Positions 7,329-17,193 of a stretch of DNA of 64,000 nucleotides are shown piece by piece. Every line of letters begins with the position of its first letter. Within the stretch, counting starts at the first letter, position 1. Location of the stretch: assembly GCA_039680575.1 (NCBI GenBank), contig JBDKSP010000021.1, positions 1 through 64,000 of the forward strand, given 5' to 3'. Source of the stretch: Armatimonadota bacterium. Lineage in GTDB: Bacteria > Armatimonadota > UBA5829 > DTLH01. Made by a program: the position numbers and the translations under genes. A model generated the notes under the pieces. That model was not told the origin of the DNA. It ran no database searches and saw nothing but the letters and a program-made list of their open reading frames with translations.

Positions 7329-9791
7329 ATGCAGCTAATATCACTTGATTTGACCAATTTCAGACAGCATAGGGACACGCGTTTGGACTTCCTTCCGGGG
7401 GTGACGGGCATTATCGGCAAGAACGGTTCTGGGAAATCGACTGTTCTTGAGGCGATGGCATGGGCGCTCTATGGCAGTGCTGCTCTTCGGGGGAAAAACG
7501 AGACTGTCCGATGCAAATCCGCGGAAGGGAACGCCCCGGCGGAGGTTGCACTGGCTTTCGGTCTCGGCGCACATGAATACAGAGTTACCCGCAGGCTGGA
7601 AGCATCCGGTAGAACGTCGGCAAATCTGCTCATAGATGGTGTTTCAGCCCGTACAGGGTTCAAGGAAGTGACCGAATCTATAACAAAGCTGCTCGGTATG
7701 GACTACCAGGCGTTCTTTACCAGCTTCTTCACAGCCCAGAAAGAAATAGATTTCATGCGCGGGATGGATGGCCGACAGCGCGCCGCCGCCGTCACCCGGA
7801 TGCTTGGTTACGAGCGCCTTGTACGCGCGAGAGAAAAAGCAAACCAGGACAGGCTCGGGCTGCAGCACCAGATAGACGGATTGGAACGCGGTCTTGGAGA
7901 CCCTGAAGAGATCAAAAGACGCAAATTCGATGCGGAGTCGGCTAAAGCCGAGTCAGAAAAGGTGCTGAAAGCTGTAACAAAAAGGGAAGATGCAGCAAAA
8001 GCCGAAGTTGTCCGGTTGAAGCCGCTCCGGGAACTCTCCGAGGAGAAGGCCAAGCGAGCAGCGGAGCTGTCCCGCAGACTGGAACTTGACACTGCTGAAG
8101 AGACACGGGCTGCATCGCGCGTCAAAGAGCTGTCAGCGGAAATAGAGGACCTCTCAGAGAAGGCGAAGGAGCTGGAATCACTCGCGCCGCAGCTTGAGGA
8201 GTATAAAAAGGCTGGGGAAGAGTACCGCGTACTTGCTGAACTGCAGAAGCATGAGTCAAGGCGGGCGGCCATACAGGGGCAGCTCTCCGCGACGGAGAAA
8301 GATCTTGAAACGCTCAAGAAGCGCATAGATAAGCTGTCCGGTACGCCGGGTGATATCGAAAAGATCGATAAGGAATCCTCCGGTCTTGCCAAACAGCTCT
8401 CGGAAGTGGATGCACGGATAGAACGGGAGCGAAACGCGCTTGCATCCGCGCGGCAGAGAGCTGAACTGGAAATGGAACAGGCAGCGGCGCAAAAAGATGA
8501 GATTGCAGCGAAGAAGCGTACTATTGAAGAAGCAGGACTAAGCGGTAAATGCCCGACGTGTGAGCGCCCGCTTGCAGAGGAGCTTCCGAAGGTTCTTGCC
8601 GGGTTCGACGACCAGATTTCCAAACTCGGTTCGCGTATAGAGAAACTGCGCACGGCAATAGCGGGGCTTGAGGCGGAACCGGAGACACTTTCAGGTCTTT
8701 TGACCCTGAAGAAGGCGCTGGAAAGAGAGCGCGACGCCAAATATGGAGAGCGCACGGAAGTTGCATCGAAAAAATCCGAAATGGACGGATGCATCCGCGA
8801 GCAGAAATCAAAGAGCGAGACCGTCTCTGCGCTTAAGTCTGAAATAGAAAAGCTCCCATCAGGCTTCGATCAGGAGAAGTTCGAGATGCTGCGGAGCATT
8901 GGGGAAAGGCTGAAGCCCGTACGCGACCGGTCACTTGAGCTAAAAACCGCGCTCAATCGCCGTGACAACATCGAAGCGGACCTGAAACGCGAAGGAGAAG
9001 CGCTCTCACGTGTGAAATCGGAGCTCGAAGCGACAAGAACGGCATCGAGCGAGTTGAATTTCTCGCAGAAGGAGCATGAAAAGCTCGTCTTACTCTTTGA
9101 AGGGGCTGTAAGCGCGTCGAACGCGGTAAGTATCGAGACGGAACGCGCAAAAGGAGACCTGAAAGCCGCACAGACTGCCCTTACCGCTGCTGAAACGGAT
9201 GAAAAAGCATATAAAGTCAAAGAAGCAGAGCTCGGAAGTAAACGGCGCGAGCGTGCTGAACTGCAGACGCTTGCCGAAGCGTTCGATAATCTCCGAGTCG
9301 ATCTGAACAACCGCGCGGCTCCGGAACTGGCTGCCGCCGCGAGCGACCTGCTCTCCGAAATGACGGATGGCCGCTATACCTCGCTCGAAGTTAACGAGGA
9401 TTACGAGGCGATGATAAGAGACGATGGGGAACTGAAACCGATCATCTCCGGCGGTGAGGAAGATATCGTCAACCTGGCGCTGAGGCTCGCCGTGTCCAGA
9501 ATGATTGCGGACCGCGCCGGGCAGGACCTGTCACTGCTTGTCCTCGACGAGGTGTTCGGCTCGCTGGACGACATAAGGCGTGATAACGTGGTAGCGCTTC
9601 TGCAGGTATTGAAATGCAGGTTTGAACAGATAATCCTCATTACTCACGTGGAATCGATCCATGACTCGGTGGATAACTGTATCTGGGTAGACTACGACGA
9701 GATATCGAGGACCAGTAAGATCAGAATAGCGTCTTCTTCGGATGAAGAACACATCTCTACTGACGCATGTTCCCTAAAGAGTTTTGGGTGA
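7329..9791 (+). CDS. sbcC: SbcC/Rad50 SMC-family ATPase
   Basis: Walker A GKNGSGKST, CPTC zinc hook within coiled coil, SGGE signature, LVLDEVFGSLD. Confidence 0.9.
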   Translation: MQLISLDLTNFRQHRDTRLDFLPGVTGIIGKNGSGKSTVLEAMAWALYGSAALRGKNETVRCKSAEGNAPAEVALAFGLGAHEYRVTRRLEASGRTSANLLIDGVSARTGFKEVTESITKLLGMDYQAFFTSFFTAQKEIDFMRGMDGRQRAAAVTRMLGYERLVRAREKANQDRLGLQHQIDGLERGLGDPEEIKRRKFDAESAKAESEKVLKAVTKREDAAKAEVVRLKPLRELSEEKAKRAAELSRRLELDTAEETRAASRVKELSAEIEDLSEKAKELESLAPQLEEYKKAGEEYRVLAELQKHESRRAAIQGQLSATEKDLETLKKRIDKLSGTPGDIEKIDKESSGLAKQLSEVDARIERERNALASARQRAELEMEQAAAQKDEIAAKKRTIEEAGLSGKCPTCERPLAEELPKVLAGFDDQISKLGSRIEKLRTAIAGLEAEPETLSGLLTLKKALERERDAKYGERTEVASKKSEMDGCIREQKSKSETVSALKSEIEKLPSGFDQEKFEMLRSIGERLKPVRDRSLELKTALNRRDNIEADLKREGEALSRVKSELEATRTASSELNFSQKEHEKLVLLFEGAVSASNAVSIETERAKGDLKAAQTALTAAETDEKAYKVKEAELGSKRRERAELQTLAEAFDNLRVDLNNRAAPELAAAASDLLSEMTDGRYTSLEVNEDYEAMIRDDGELKPIISGGEEDIVNLALRLAVSRMIADRAGQDLSLLVLDEVFGSLDDIRRDNVVALLQVLKCRFEQIILITHVESIHDSVDNCIWVDYDEISRTSKIRIASSSDEEHISTDACSLKSFG

Positions 9792-9877
9792 TGATGTAGC
9801 AACCCTTCGGACACATAACCAGTCACTGATAATGCTGCATCTGTTGTTTACGCACAAACCCAAAACTCAATAAATTT

Positions 9878-10756
9878 CTACCCCTGCGCAGGCCTCGACC
9901 GATGGTATATCGATGACAGATGCGCTCCTAGAAGTGTAATTATTGAAGAGTAATAGATCCACAGCAGAAGAAGTATCAGGCTGGCAAGCGAACCGTATAC
10001 GGCACTGTAATTGGCGAAGTTGGTAACATACCAACTGAATACCTGCTTTGCCGCTTCCCATAAAAGCCCCGCGACAAGTCCCCCGACAAATGCCGTCCTG
10101 AGAGGAACACGGGTATTCGGCATGATTTTATAAATCATAGTGAATGTGCCGATACTCAGAGCGAGTGGAAGAAGAAGGGACAAAAATCTCCATGCGATTC
10201 CAAAAGCCTCATTGAGATTTCGGCCAAAGATAGTAATATTGTGAGCCAGGAGTGCATTAGCCGCGGTTGTTATAAGAAAAGAAAGAAGAAGCAGCACGCC
10301 GACAGCGATGAGAAGCAGTATAGAGACCAGCCCGCTCTTAAGGTACCCTCTGGGAGTGGTATTCCATGATAGATTGATGATCTTTTCGAGGTTCATGAAA
10401 GCCTGGCTGCCGCTCCAAAACAGGAATATTATGCCGATTCCGGTGGCTGCACCGCTTCCTCTGATAATATCCTCAAGAATAAACCGGATGCCGGGACCGC
10501 TTTCGTCTGCGATCGCAGGTGAATATGAACGGACGAGGTTCGTGACGAAATCGTAGGCATGCTGTTCCGAACGGAAGAAGAACCCAAGACTCGCCACAGC
10601 CAGCAGAAGCAGTGGGACGAGCGACATAAAGATGAAAAATGAGATCGCTGCTGCGACAATAGCGCTATTGTCGTCATTGAACTTCTTTATCAGTTGTTTC
10701 CCGAAATTAAACGCGGGTCTCAGCCATTCAGGGATTTTCATGGGTTTGCTCTTCAC
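9878..10756 (-). CDS. YihY/BrkB-family inner membrane protein
   Basis: AAAISFFIFMSLVP and YSAVYGSLASLILLLLWIY motifs, multiple TMs. Confidence 0.85.
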   Translation of the reverse strand: MKSKPMKIPEWLRPAFNFGKQLIKKFNDDNSAIVAAAISFFIFMSLVPLLLLAVASLGFFFRSEQHAYDFVTNLVRSYSPAIADESGPGIRFILEDIIRGSGAATGIGIIFLFWSGSQAFMNLEKIINLSWNTTPRGYLKSGLVSILLLIAVGVLLLLSFLITTAANALLAHNITIFGRNLNEAFGIAWRFLSLLLPLALSIGTFTMIYKIMPNTRVPLRTAFVGGLVAGLLWEAAKQVFSWYVTNFANYSAVYGSLASLILLLLWIYYSSIITLLGAHLSSIYHRSRPAQG

Positions 10757-10817
10757 ATTACGGCTGGTTGGGATAATACATCATTTCTACCCATGATGGC
10801 AAACCCGATAACTGAAG

Positions 10818-10886
10818 AAAAAACATGAACGGCTCGGAGAATATCTCCGGGCCGTTCTCTTAGGAAAGGAGAGAAAGGGAGTGTCT
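10818..10886 (-). ncRNA. Candidate small RNA with CU-rich anti-SD segment
   Basis: ECF-type promoter upstream, ACACUCCCUUUCUCUCCUUUCC 5' segment, strong hairpin (10827-10857) and U-tract. No ORF. Confidence 0.55.
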
Positions 10887-10888
10887 AA

Positions 10889-10920
10889 TTATATGACTGA
10901 CATGAACGCAGATAGGTTCC
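10889..10920 (-). promoter_or_regulatory. ECF-sigma-type promoter
   Basis: GGAACC-17-GTCATATAA; near-identical to the motif at 58187-58219. Confidence 0.65.
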
Positions 10921-11042
10921 CATATTGGATGAAAAGCGACACGTAATTATACCCGCTTCTTAAGGATGAAGATTAGAGCTTATCAGTTTACGCTTGCGAT
11001 ATGGAATAAAGTTACATGACTCATATTGTGGAGGGAATAAAG

Positions 11043-11492
11043 ATGCGCGGTAACCGTGGAGTCGGTTTGATAGATGTAATGATTACGGCTATGCTTCTTG
11101 GAATGGCCGGTATTATTTTCGCAGCTACTTTTCCGTCCGGATTATCGATGTTGAGGCAGACACAGGAAACAAAAAAGGCTGTGGAATTGGCGCAGAAGAA
11201 GCTTGAACAGATTAAGGCGCTGGGATACGAATCGTTGTCATACGGAAATTTGAGAGCAGCAAACGCTATAGACGAGGACCAGGCTGCATCACCATACATA
11301 TTCACACAAGTGGATAATCTCGATTCCGCAATTCCATCCTCCGTCGGTAAGCTCGATATCAGCAATTATAGTGAGTCCGGTATCAGTGGTGTGAAAAAGA
11401 TAAGTGTAACGATCAATTGGCGGTCTGGCACTATCAACCGCAGTATTACCCTGCAAACAATCATTGCAGATAAGCGGCCATGGGGAGTATAG
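11043..11492 (+). CDS. PilV-like minor pilin (prepilin-type)
   Basis: RG|VGLIDVMITAMLL N-terminal hydrophobic helix; KKISVTINW C-terminal motif. Confidence 0.7.
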   Translation: MRGNRGVGLIDVMITAMLLGMAGIIFAATFPSGLSMLRQTQETKKAVELAQKKLEQIKALGYESLSYGNLRAANAIDEDQAASPYIFTQVDNLDSAIPSSVGKLDISNYSESGISGVKKISVTINWRSGTINRSITLQTIIADKRPWGV

Positions 11493-11494
11493 CA

Positions 11495-12016
11495 ATGTTT
11501 ACTGAATGCAGGTCAAAGAAAAACGCAGGCTTCACTCTTGTTGAGGCTGTAATCACGTTCACGATACTTATGATGATTAGTGTCGGCCTTGTCTCTATGA
11601 TACTTCATTCTGAGAAGGCATGGTGTTTTGGCTGCAAAAAGTATGATGCTGCCGCGAGTGTCGATGTACTGTTTCAAAAACTCAACGTCGATATACGTGA
11701 AGCCTCCAACGCTGCAAGCACCGGAAATGAACTGAGTTTGGATATTCCTCCAGTCACGACTGATGAGTTTGGTGAGAAGTATTGCGACTTGAGCGCGGCT
11801 CCGGTTGTCTATAGATACTATTTGCAGGATGGAAAGATCTACCAGCAGATCGGTGCTGACCGGCCAAGATCATTCGCTTCATACTCAACTGAAAATGAGA
11901 TAACATTTTCAGTCACAGGCAATCTGGTTACTGTGACTACACATAAAAAAGATAATCCCGAAGCAGTCATAGACGAATTCAAAGTTGTGATGAGAAACTA
12001 TCAGGGTCAAAAGTAA
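11495..12016 (+). CDS. PilW-like minor pilin (prepilin-type)
   Basis: AG|FTLVEAVI cleavage/methylation motif. Confidence 0.75.
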   Translation: MFTECRSKKNAGFTLVEAVITFTILMMISVGLVSMILHSEKAWCFGCKKYDAAASVDVLFQKLNVDIREASNAASTGNELSLDIPPVTTDEFGEKYCDLSAAPVVYRYYLQDGKIYQQIGADRPRSFASYSTENEITFSVTGNLVTVTTHKKDNPEAVIDEFKVVMRNYQGQK

Positions 12017-12027
12017 GGTAAGGTTAT

Positions 12028-13698
12028 ATGTCAAAGCATTCGGTCCTGAGAAACTGCAAAGGAAATGGAATGATCATCGGCTTTTTTACGCTGTTGATTG
12101 TCGCTGCATTTGGAATATCGTTCCTGTCATTCAGCGTCGTTACTCTGAATGAAAGCAGGACGGACCGCGACAGGGCTAAAGCTCTGGAAGCGGCTGAATC
12201 CGGTGTGGAAATGGCTATTGCCCGTCTTAAAGCAGACGGTACTTGGCGAAACCATTCGTCTTCGAATCCTGATGACCACAGCGGTGATGAACTGTATACA
12301 AAGAACATCACGGAATCGGGTGATGAAAAATTCGAGGTATGTGTCCGAGATGCGGCAGGCGGCGATCCAACAAGAATTGTTATAACAAGCAGAGGCATAG
12401 TAAAAACAGCGGAAAAAACAACCAGAAGAACGCTGAAGGTCCTTATAGAACGAAAGGCCGAGAATGTAAACCCGTGGAATAATGTTATCTTCGGTGGTGT
12501 CGGCCAGGCAGGAAAGAGCATTAACGGTAACGTCAGAATGCGCGGTTCGGTACACCTTCTGGGAGACGGCGAAAAGTTTACTGATATAGATGGAGACGAG
12601 CACTGGGACGACAACGAACCGTATAATGATAAGAATTTCAATGGGCAATATGACATAGACGAATCGTACACCGATGTAGATGGTGACGGTCATCGTGACG
12701 CGCGTGAACCTTTCGTAGATGTTAACGGCAATGGGATCAGAGACCCAGCCTTGACTGTCACAGACATCGCTGAAGAGATCTCAGGTACAGCTGATGTGGG
12801 CAATAATTATAACGGCATGCCATCAAATCTAAGGAATATGCTGCCCAGTCTTCCGACCAAGACATTCGGCGGAGAAAGCGTCGATTCGCTGTCAGCAAAG
12901 CTCAGAGTCAAGCATGGCCGGGTAAACATTTCCGGTTCAGCGGTCGTGGGTTATTCGAATGTGACAGGTAACAGCGCTAAAGAAACACTGGATGGAGCCT
13001 ATGTAAGCGATGGATACGGCGGTAACAAGGGAACGGCTGGTGTCAATGCTGACAATGGATATACGAACGGCTATGATCTGGGTGACGATCTGGTACAGTT
13101 CCCTTCATTGCTAGATCCTTATCCGCCATATGCTACATATAAAGCATATCTTGCGCTGAATTCACTTCAGATTCCGGGGTCGCTCACAATCGGTGGTACA
13201 TCGTTTAACGCGAGTAATTCATTCGGCAGTGTTACGTATGACAGCACGACCGGCGTTCTCAAGACCACCGGTATTGTAATGATAAACGGCGATCTTGAGA
13301 TTAATGGGAGGAATGGCAACCTCACATATGAGGGTAACGGCACCTTGTTTTCTACAGGTGACACGAGTATACACTGTAATGTACTTCCGAAATCGGGATT
13401 TCCATTGACAGACCGTCTCGGCATCATCGCCGGTCAGAGTATGGGAGTTGCTACCGGCAGCGGCGATTCACAACTCACTATGGCGCTTGCAATGTATGCG
13501 CAGTATCGCATAAGTATAGGCAAGCAATGCGAAATAGGCGGAACATGCGTGTCGAGTTTCTTCTCGATGAAGAACGTTCCGCATATCTACCAGGTGCCTA
13601 AGCTGTCCGAGAACCTGCCGCCCGGATTGCCGGGCTCGGATCCGATCTGGATAGTCTCCATTACTATCAAGAGTTGGCAGGATTTGGGTGGCGGCTAG
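12028..13698 (+). CDS. PilX-like minor pilin/adhesin with Asp/Gly-rich Ca-binding-like repeats
   Basis: KG|NGMII helix, KALEAAESGVEMAIARL, ITSRG, four ExxxDxxxxxxxD repeats. Confidence 0.7.
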   Translation: MSKHSVLRNCKGNGMIIGFFTLLIVAAFGISFLSFSVVTLNESRTDRDRAKALEAAESGVEMAIARLKADGTWRNHSSSNPDDHSGDELYTKNITESGDEKFEVCVRDAAGGDPTRIVITSRGIVKTAEKTTRRTLKVLIERKAENVNPWNNVIFGGVGQAGKSINGNVRMRGSVHLLGDGEKFTDIDGDEHWDDNEPYNDKNFNGQYDIDESYTDVDGDGHRDAREPFVDVNGNGIRDPALTVTDIAEEISGTADVGNNYNGMPSNLRNMLPSLPTKTFGGESVDSLSAKLRVKHGRVNISGSAVVGYSNVTGNSAKETLDGAYVSDGYGGNKGTAGVNADNGYTNGYDLGDDLVQFPSLLDPYPPYATYKAYLALNSLQIPGSLTIGGTSFNASNSFGSVTYDSTTGVLKTTGIVMINGDLEINGRNGNLTYEGNGTLFSTGDTSIHCNVLPKSGFPLTDRLGIIAGQSMGVATGSGDSQLTMALAMYAQYRISIGKQCEIGGTCVSSFFSMKNVPHIYQVPKLSENLPPGLPGSDPIWIVSITIKSWQDLGGG

Positions 13699-13719
13699 AC
13701 TGATAAGATATTGAGGATA

Positions 13720-13757
13720 AAGGGACGTAGCGAGTATACTGCTTACGTCTCTTTTTT
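13720..13757 (+). terminator. Intrinsic terminator after pilin cluster
   Basis: AGGGACGTAGC...GCTTACGTCTCT hairpin followed by T-tract. Confidence 0.7.
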
Positions 13758-13770
13758 ATGGGGATAGGAG

Positions 13771-14586
13771 ATGGCATTCCCTATACCTCATTACAAACAA
13801 TTGGGGGTAGAGAAAACGCGTATAACATTTCTTGGCACGGGAACATCGCACGGCGTGCCTGTGATAGGCTGTAAGTGTCCGGTCTGTACATCGCAAGACC
13901 ATCGTAACCGCCGGACAAGGACTTCAGCATTGATCGCATACAGGGGAAAGCACATAATAATAGATACGGCGCCTGAGTTCAGGCTCCAATGTCTCGCAAA
14001 CAATGTGGACTATCTCGATGGTGTGCTGTTTACGCACGCGCATGCTGACCACATCTTTGGCCTGGACGATGTCCGCGGGTTCAACAGGATACAAAAGAAA
14101 TCGGTTCCATGCTACGGATCACAGGATACCCTCGCTGCCATAAGGCGTGCGTTCGCGTATATTTTCATCGAGACTCAGGAGGGTGGGGGAAAGCCGAAGA
14201 TCGAGCTGAACCCTGTAGACCGGCCATTCGAGTTCGAGGAGATAAAGATAACGCCGATTCCCGTGATGCACGGTGAGGTCCCGGTGTATGGCTACAGGAT
14301 CGGAAAACTTGCCTATGTCACGGACTGCAGTTGTATTTCAGATGAATCGAAGGAACTTCTTCGCGGATTGGACCTTCTTATACTTGGGGTAGTCCGGAGA
14401 AATCCTCATGAGACGCATCTTTCACTTGTGGAAGGTGTGGAAATAGCAAAGGAGCTTGCTCCAGGAATAACGCGTTTCGTGCATATGTCCCATCATCTTG
14501 AACATGAAAGCACAAACAATGAGCTTCCGTCTGGAATAGAGCTTGCATACGACGGATTGAGTATAGAATTATCCGACCCGGATTAA
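13771..14586 (+). CDS. MBL-fold metallo-hydrolase (PhnP-like phosphodiesterase)
   Basis: FLGTGTSHGVPVIGCKCPVC and THAHADH motifs. Confidence 0.85.
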   Translation: MAFPIPHYKQLGVEKTRITFLGTGTSHGVPVIGCKCPVCTSQDHRNRRTRTSALIAYRGKHIIIDTAPEFRLQCLANNVDYLDGVLFTHAHADHIFGLDDVRGFNRIQKKSVPCYGSQDTLAAIRRAFAYIFIETQEGGGKPKIELNPVDRPFEFEEIKITPIPVMHGEVPVYGYRIGKLAYVTDCSCISDESKELLRGLDLLILGVVRRNPHETHLSLVEGVEIAKELAPGITRFVHMSHHLEHESTNNELPSGIELAYDGLSIELSDPD

Positions 14587-14738
14587 GTCGAATCTCATGA
14601 ATGGGTAATAAATCCGACACTATGCCGTCTTGTTACGTTAAGATTGCAATTGGTGTGTTGTCTGCGAATTTATGTGGTAGTATACGCATGTAGCCGCGCA
14701 TTATGCATGGTTTACGGTTTTTGGAGGATAGAAGGAGA

Positions 14739-17075
14739 ATGAGAGTCAACAGACAGATGATCTGCCTGGTGCTGTCTCTGGCATGCTTGTGTTCGCTCGT
14801 CTCCGGGCGGACTGCAGCTCAGGCTCTTTCTTCATCAAACCTTAATATAACATCTTCTCTCAGTAATTCAGAGTTGGTAAGCGATCTCTTTGTCGGTAAG
14901 GGGACTGTCGGTCCGTATATCCTGAGTTGGAAGAACATTGAAGACGGAAGCGAGACAGTCACGATCGACGGACAGGTCCTTTCATCCAAAAAGGATTACA
15001 ATATCAACTATTCCTCAGGATCATTGACACTGCAATCATCTCTTCCTAAGGACAAGGTTGCCAGGGTAAGCTATAAACGTATCATTGGCAAATCACAGGC
15101 GAACAGTGGAACAAGTCTTCCTATAAATATGCGGCTTTTCGACCGTGGAAGCGGCAGTCTCGACGTTATCGGCCTCTATAGTTCGGGTGACAGCAAGAAT
15201 AAGGAGAGCGGGATGTCGGTCTATGGGCTGAGCGGCGGGATGAAGCTGGGCGAAGGCTCGGATATATCGACTAAATTTATAGTAGACCAGCAGAGCAGTG
15301 AGAGCGGCAAAGACGCAGGCTTGTCTGATCGTTCAGCTATGCAGCTTTCAGCCGCTACAGCGTTTGGAGGGCTTTCATTTAAAGGCTCGTTTTCGCGAGC
15401 AGGAGAACAGTTTACCTCTGCGAAGGAATACGGGTTCCAGAGTGCAAAGGAGTTGACCGATCTTTCGGCTGTATTCGGCAAACAGACTGATGTGGTCTAT
15501 GCATCGTTCAGTTATAAGGAGCAGGAAGATCTGGGCGGCAATGTAAAAGGCGCAGCCCAGACCAGCGGCGAGCAAAAAGTAGTCCTGAACCTGGAGAATG
15601 CTCCAAAGATGACGATCTCCCGCTCGACAACTGAAAAAGAACAATCAAGCGGCACAAAAACAGGTACTACCATAGAAAGTCTTCAGCTTGATAAGAGCTT
15701 TGGAAAGAAAACGACTGCTACCGCGATGATGCAGACGTCGGAAGTCGATAATGGTCAAACAAGCGAAGAGACCAAAACTACGAGTTTCGGGATAAATACG
15801 ACAGCAGTAGACAACCTGCAGGTTCAGAGCTCACTGACGCAGAAAGACTCGGATAAAAACGGCGAAGAGACAGGATTCAATTTTAGTGCGAAAGCTGTCC
15901 TTGGACGCAGGTTGAATATGGATGCGTCCTACCTAAACTGTGACTCGGATGCAGCAGGAACTGAGTCTAAAACAACTATAGGGATGTTGGTAGACCCGTT
16001 CGATTGGCTGAAGTTTCAGAGCAAATTGACGTGGAAAGATTCCGATAAGACAGGCGGAGAGACAGGTCTTGACCTGGGACTGAAGGCAACGCCGGGTAAG
16101 CGGCTTTCGCTGAACGCCGGATACTCAAGCACCGATACCGATGAAAAAGGCCAGGTTTCAAAGACGGATGTGAAGGTCTCGAGCAAACCTCTTGACAGTC
16201 TGGACCTGACGGCGGGTGTTTCGCGTTGTGACACAGATAATGACGGCCAAACTACCACTGATGTTTCCATCGCTGCGAGACCCAGTGACCAGATGAAGAT
16301 CGAAGGCGCGTATTCCGGTAAACAAGCAGACCAGGGAAGTGACGAGCAGCAGCGTTCTGTGAAGCTGGAAGCGAAGCCTACCGATTACATGAAGATAGCA
16401 GCAGGACTCGGTGAAAAAGAGGTAGATGTTCAGCTCAAGACAAGCAAGGAAGCTGGTGTCGAACTCACTCCAAGCGATAAATTGAAGATTACATCTTCGA
16501 TCAAGGAGTGTACTGACGGTCAGCAGGTTACGACCGTAAAGGACTATTCAGGTTCGGTTAAGCCTGTGGACTATTTGGAAGTATCCGGCGCTTATAAAGA
16601 CCGCGAGGACTCTACGGCTGAAATTGCCGACAGTAAATCAATGAAACTCGCACTGGGAGCGTCTGAGTCTTTCAAGATTACCGGGCAGTATTCGTATAAC
16701 CCGGAAGATAAAAAAGGCAATATACAGCGGCTGTCCAGTTCGACTCTCGGCCTGGAGATGAAGATCGGTATACTTAGTATAACAGGCGGATATGCAGAGA
16801 AAGACGACTACATAGCCGGGAGTACACAGATTGAAAGAGAGTTCGGACTGCGCCTCCCGCTTTTCGGAAATGGAAAGCTGTATACAGGCTACAAGCTGTC
16901 TGAAGCTGCCGCAGCAGCGGATCTATCGACGGAAACATACTCGGTAGGTTACACGCACGATCTCGGTTCACGGTTCAATCTGGCGCTATCAGGTGAACTG
17001 ACACGTTCTACACAGGAATCGCTTTCGCTGGATGAGGAATGCAAAGCAACGGCAAAGCTGGGAATGAAGTTCTGA
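14739..17075 (+). CDS. Large secreted/outer-membrane beta-barrel-like protein
   Basis: Signal peptide, ETVTIDG...DYNINYSSGSLTL motif, many amphipathic beta-strand repeats, C-terminal Phe. Confidence 0.6.
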   Translation: MRVNRQMICLVLSLACLCSLVSGRTAAQALSSSNLNITSSLSNSELVSDLFVGKGTVGPYILSWKNIEDGSETVTIDGQVLSSKKDYNINYSSGSLTLQSSLPKDKVARVSYKRIIGKSQANSGTSLPINMRLFDRGSGSLDVIGLYSSGDSKNKESGMSVYGLSGGMKLGEGSDISTKFIVDQQSSESGKDAGLSDRSAMQLSAATAFGGLSFKGSFSRAGEQFTSAKEYGFQSAKELTDLSAVFGKQTDVVYASFSYKEQEDLGGNVKGAAQTSGEQKVVLNLENAPKMTISRSTTEKEQSSGTKTGTTIESLQLDKSFGKKTTATAMMQTSEVDNGQTSEETKTTSFGINTTAVDNLQVQSSLTQKDSDKNGEETGFNFSAKAVLGRRLNMDASYLNCDSDAAGTESKTTIGMLVDPFDWLKFQSKLTWKDSDKTGGETGLDLGLKATPGKRLSLNAGYSSTDTDEKGQVSKTDVKVSSKPLDSLDLTAGVSRCDTDNDGQTTTDVSIAARPSDQMKIEGAYSGKQADQGSDEQQRSVKLEAKPTDYMKIAAGLGEKEVDVQLKTSKEAGVELTPSDKLKITSSIKECTDGQQVTTVKDYSGSVKPVDYLEVSGAYKDREDSTAEIADSKSMKLALGASESFKITGQYSYNPEDKKGNIQRLSSSTLGLEMKIGILSITGGYAEKDDYIAGSTQIEREFGLRLPLFGNGKLYTGYKLSEAAAAADLSTETYSVGYTHDLGSRFNLALSGELTRSTQESLSLDEECKATAKLGMKF

Positions 17076-17136
17076 CAAAGATTCAGGTGTGAGTCACAAC
17101 TGAACAGCTTAGAATCAATAAACGATTTTGTGAGAT

Positions 17137-17179
17137 AAAAGAAAGGCCCGGTCGAGGGGGAGGGAGACGATCGGGCCTT
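17137..17179 (-). terminator. Terminator with C-rich loop downstream of NDP-sugar synthase
   Basis: 12-bp stem AAGGCCCGATCG/CGACCGGGCCTT, loop TCTCCCTCCCCCT, then T-tract. Confidence 0.7.
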
Positions 17180-17193
17180 GGGAGTGTTTACTG

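Noticed and set aside
7808..9310. Long antisense ORFs over sbcC
   Set aside because: Ser/Ala-rich shadows of a coiled-coil gene. The same applies to shadow ORFs over mnmA, aspS, cysS and 36843-37724.
6198..9791. SMC-based defence system (Wadjet/Lamassu)
   Set aside because: Zinc hook and Mre11 partner indicate ordinary SbcCD; no kleisin or effector genes.
9799..9827. ECF-like GCAACC-17-GTCAC motif
   Set aside because: Weaker match that points antisense into the yihY 3' end with no downstream gene.
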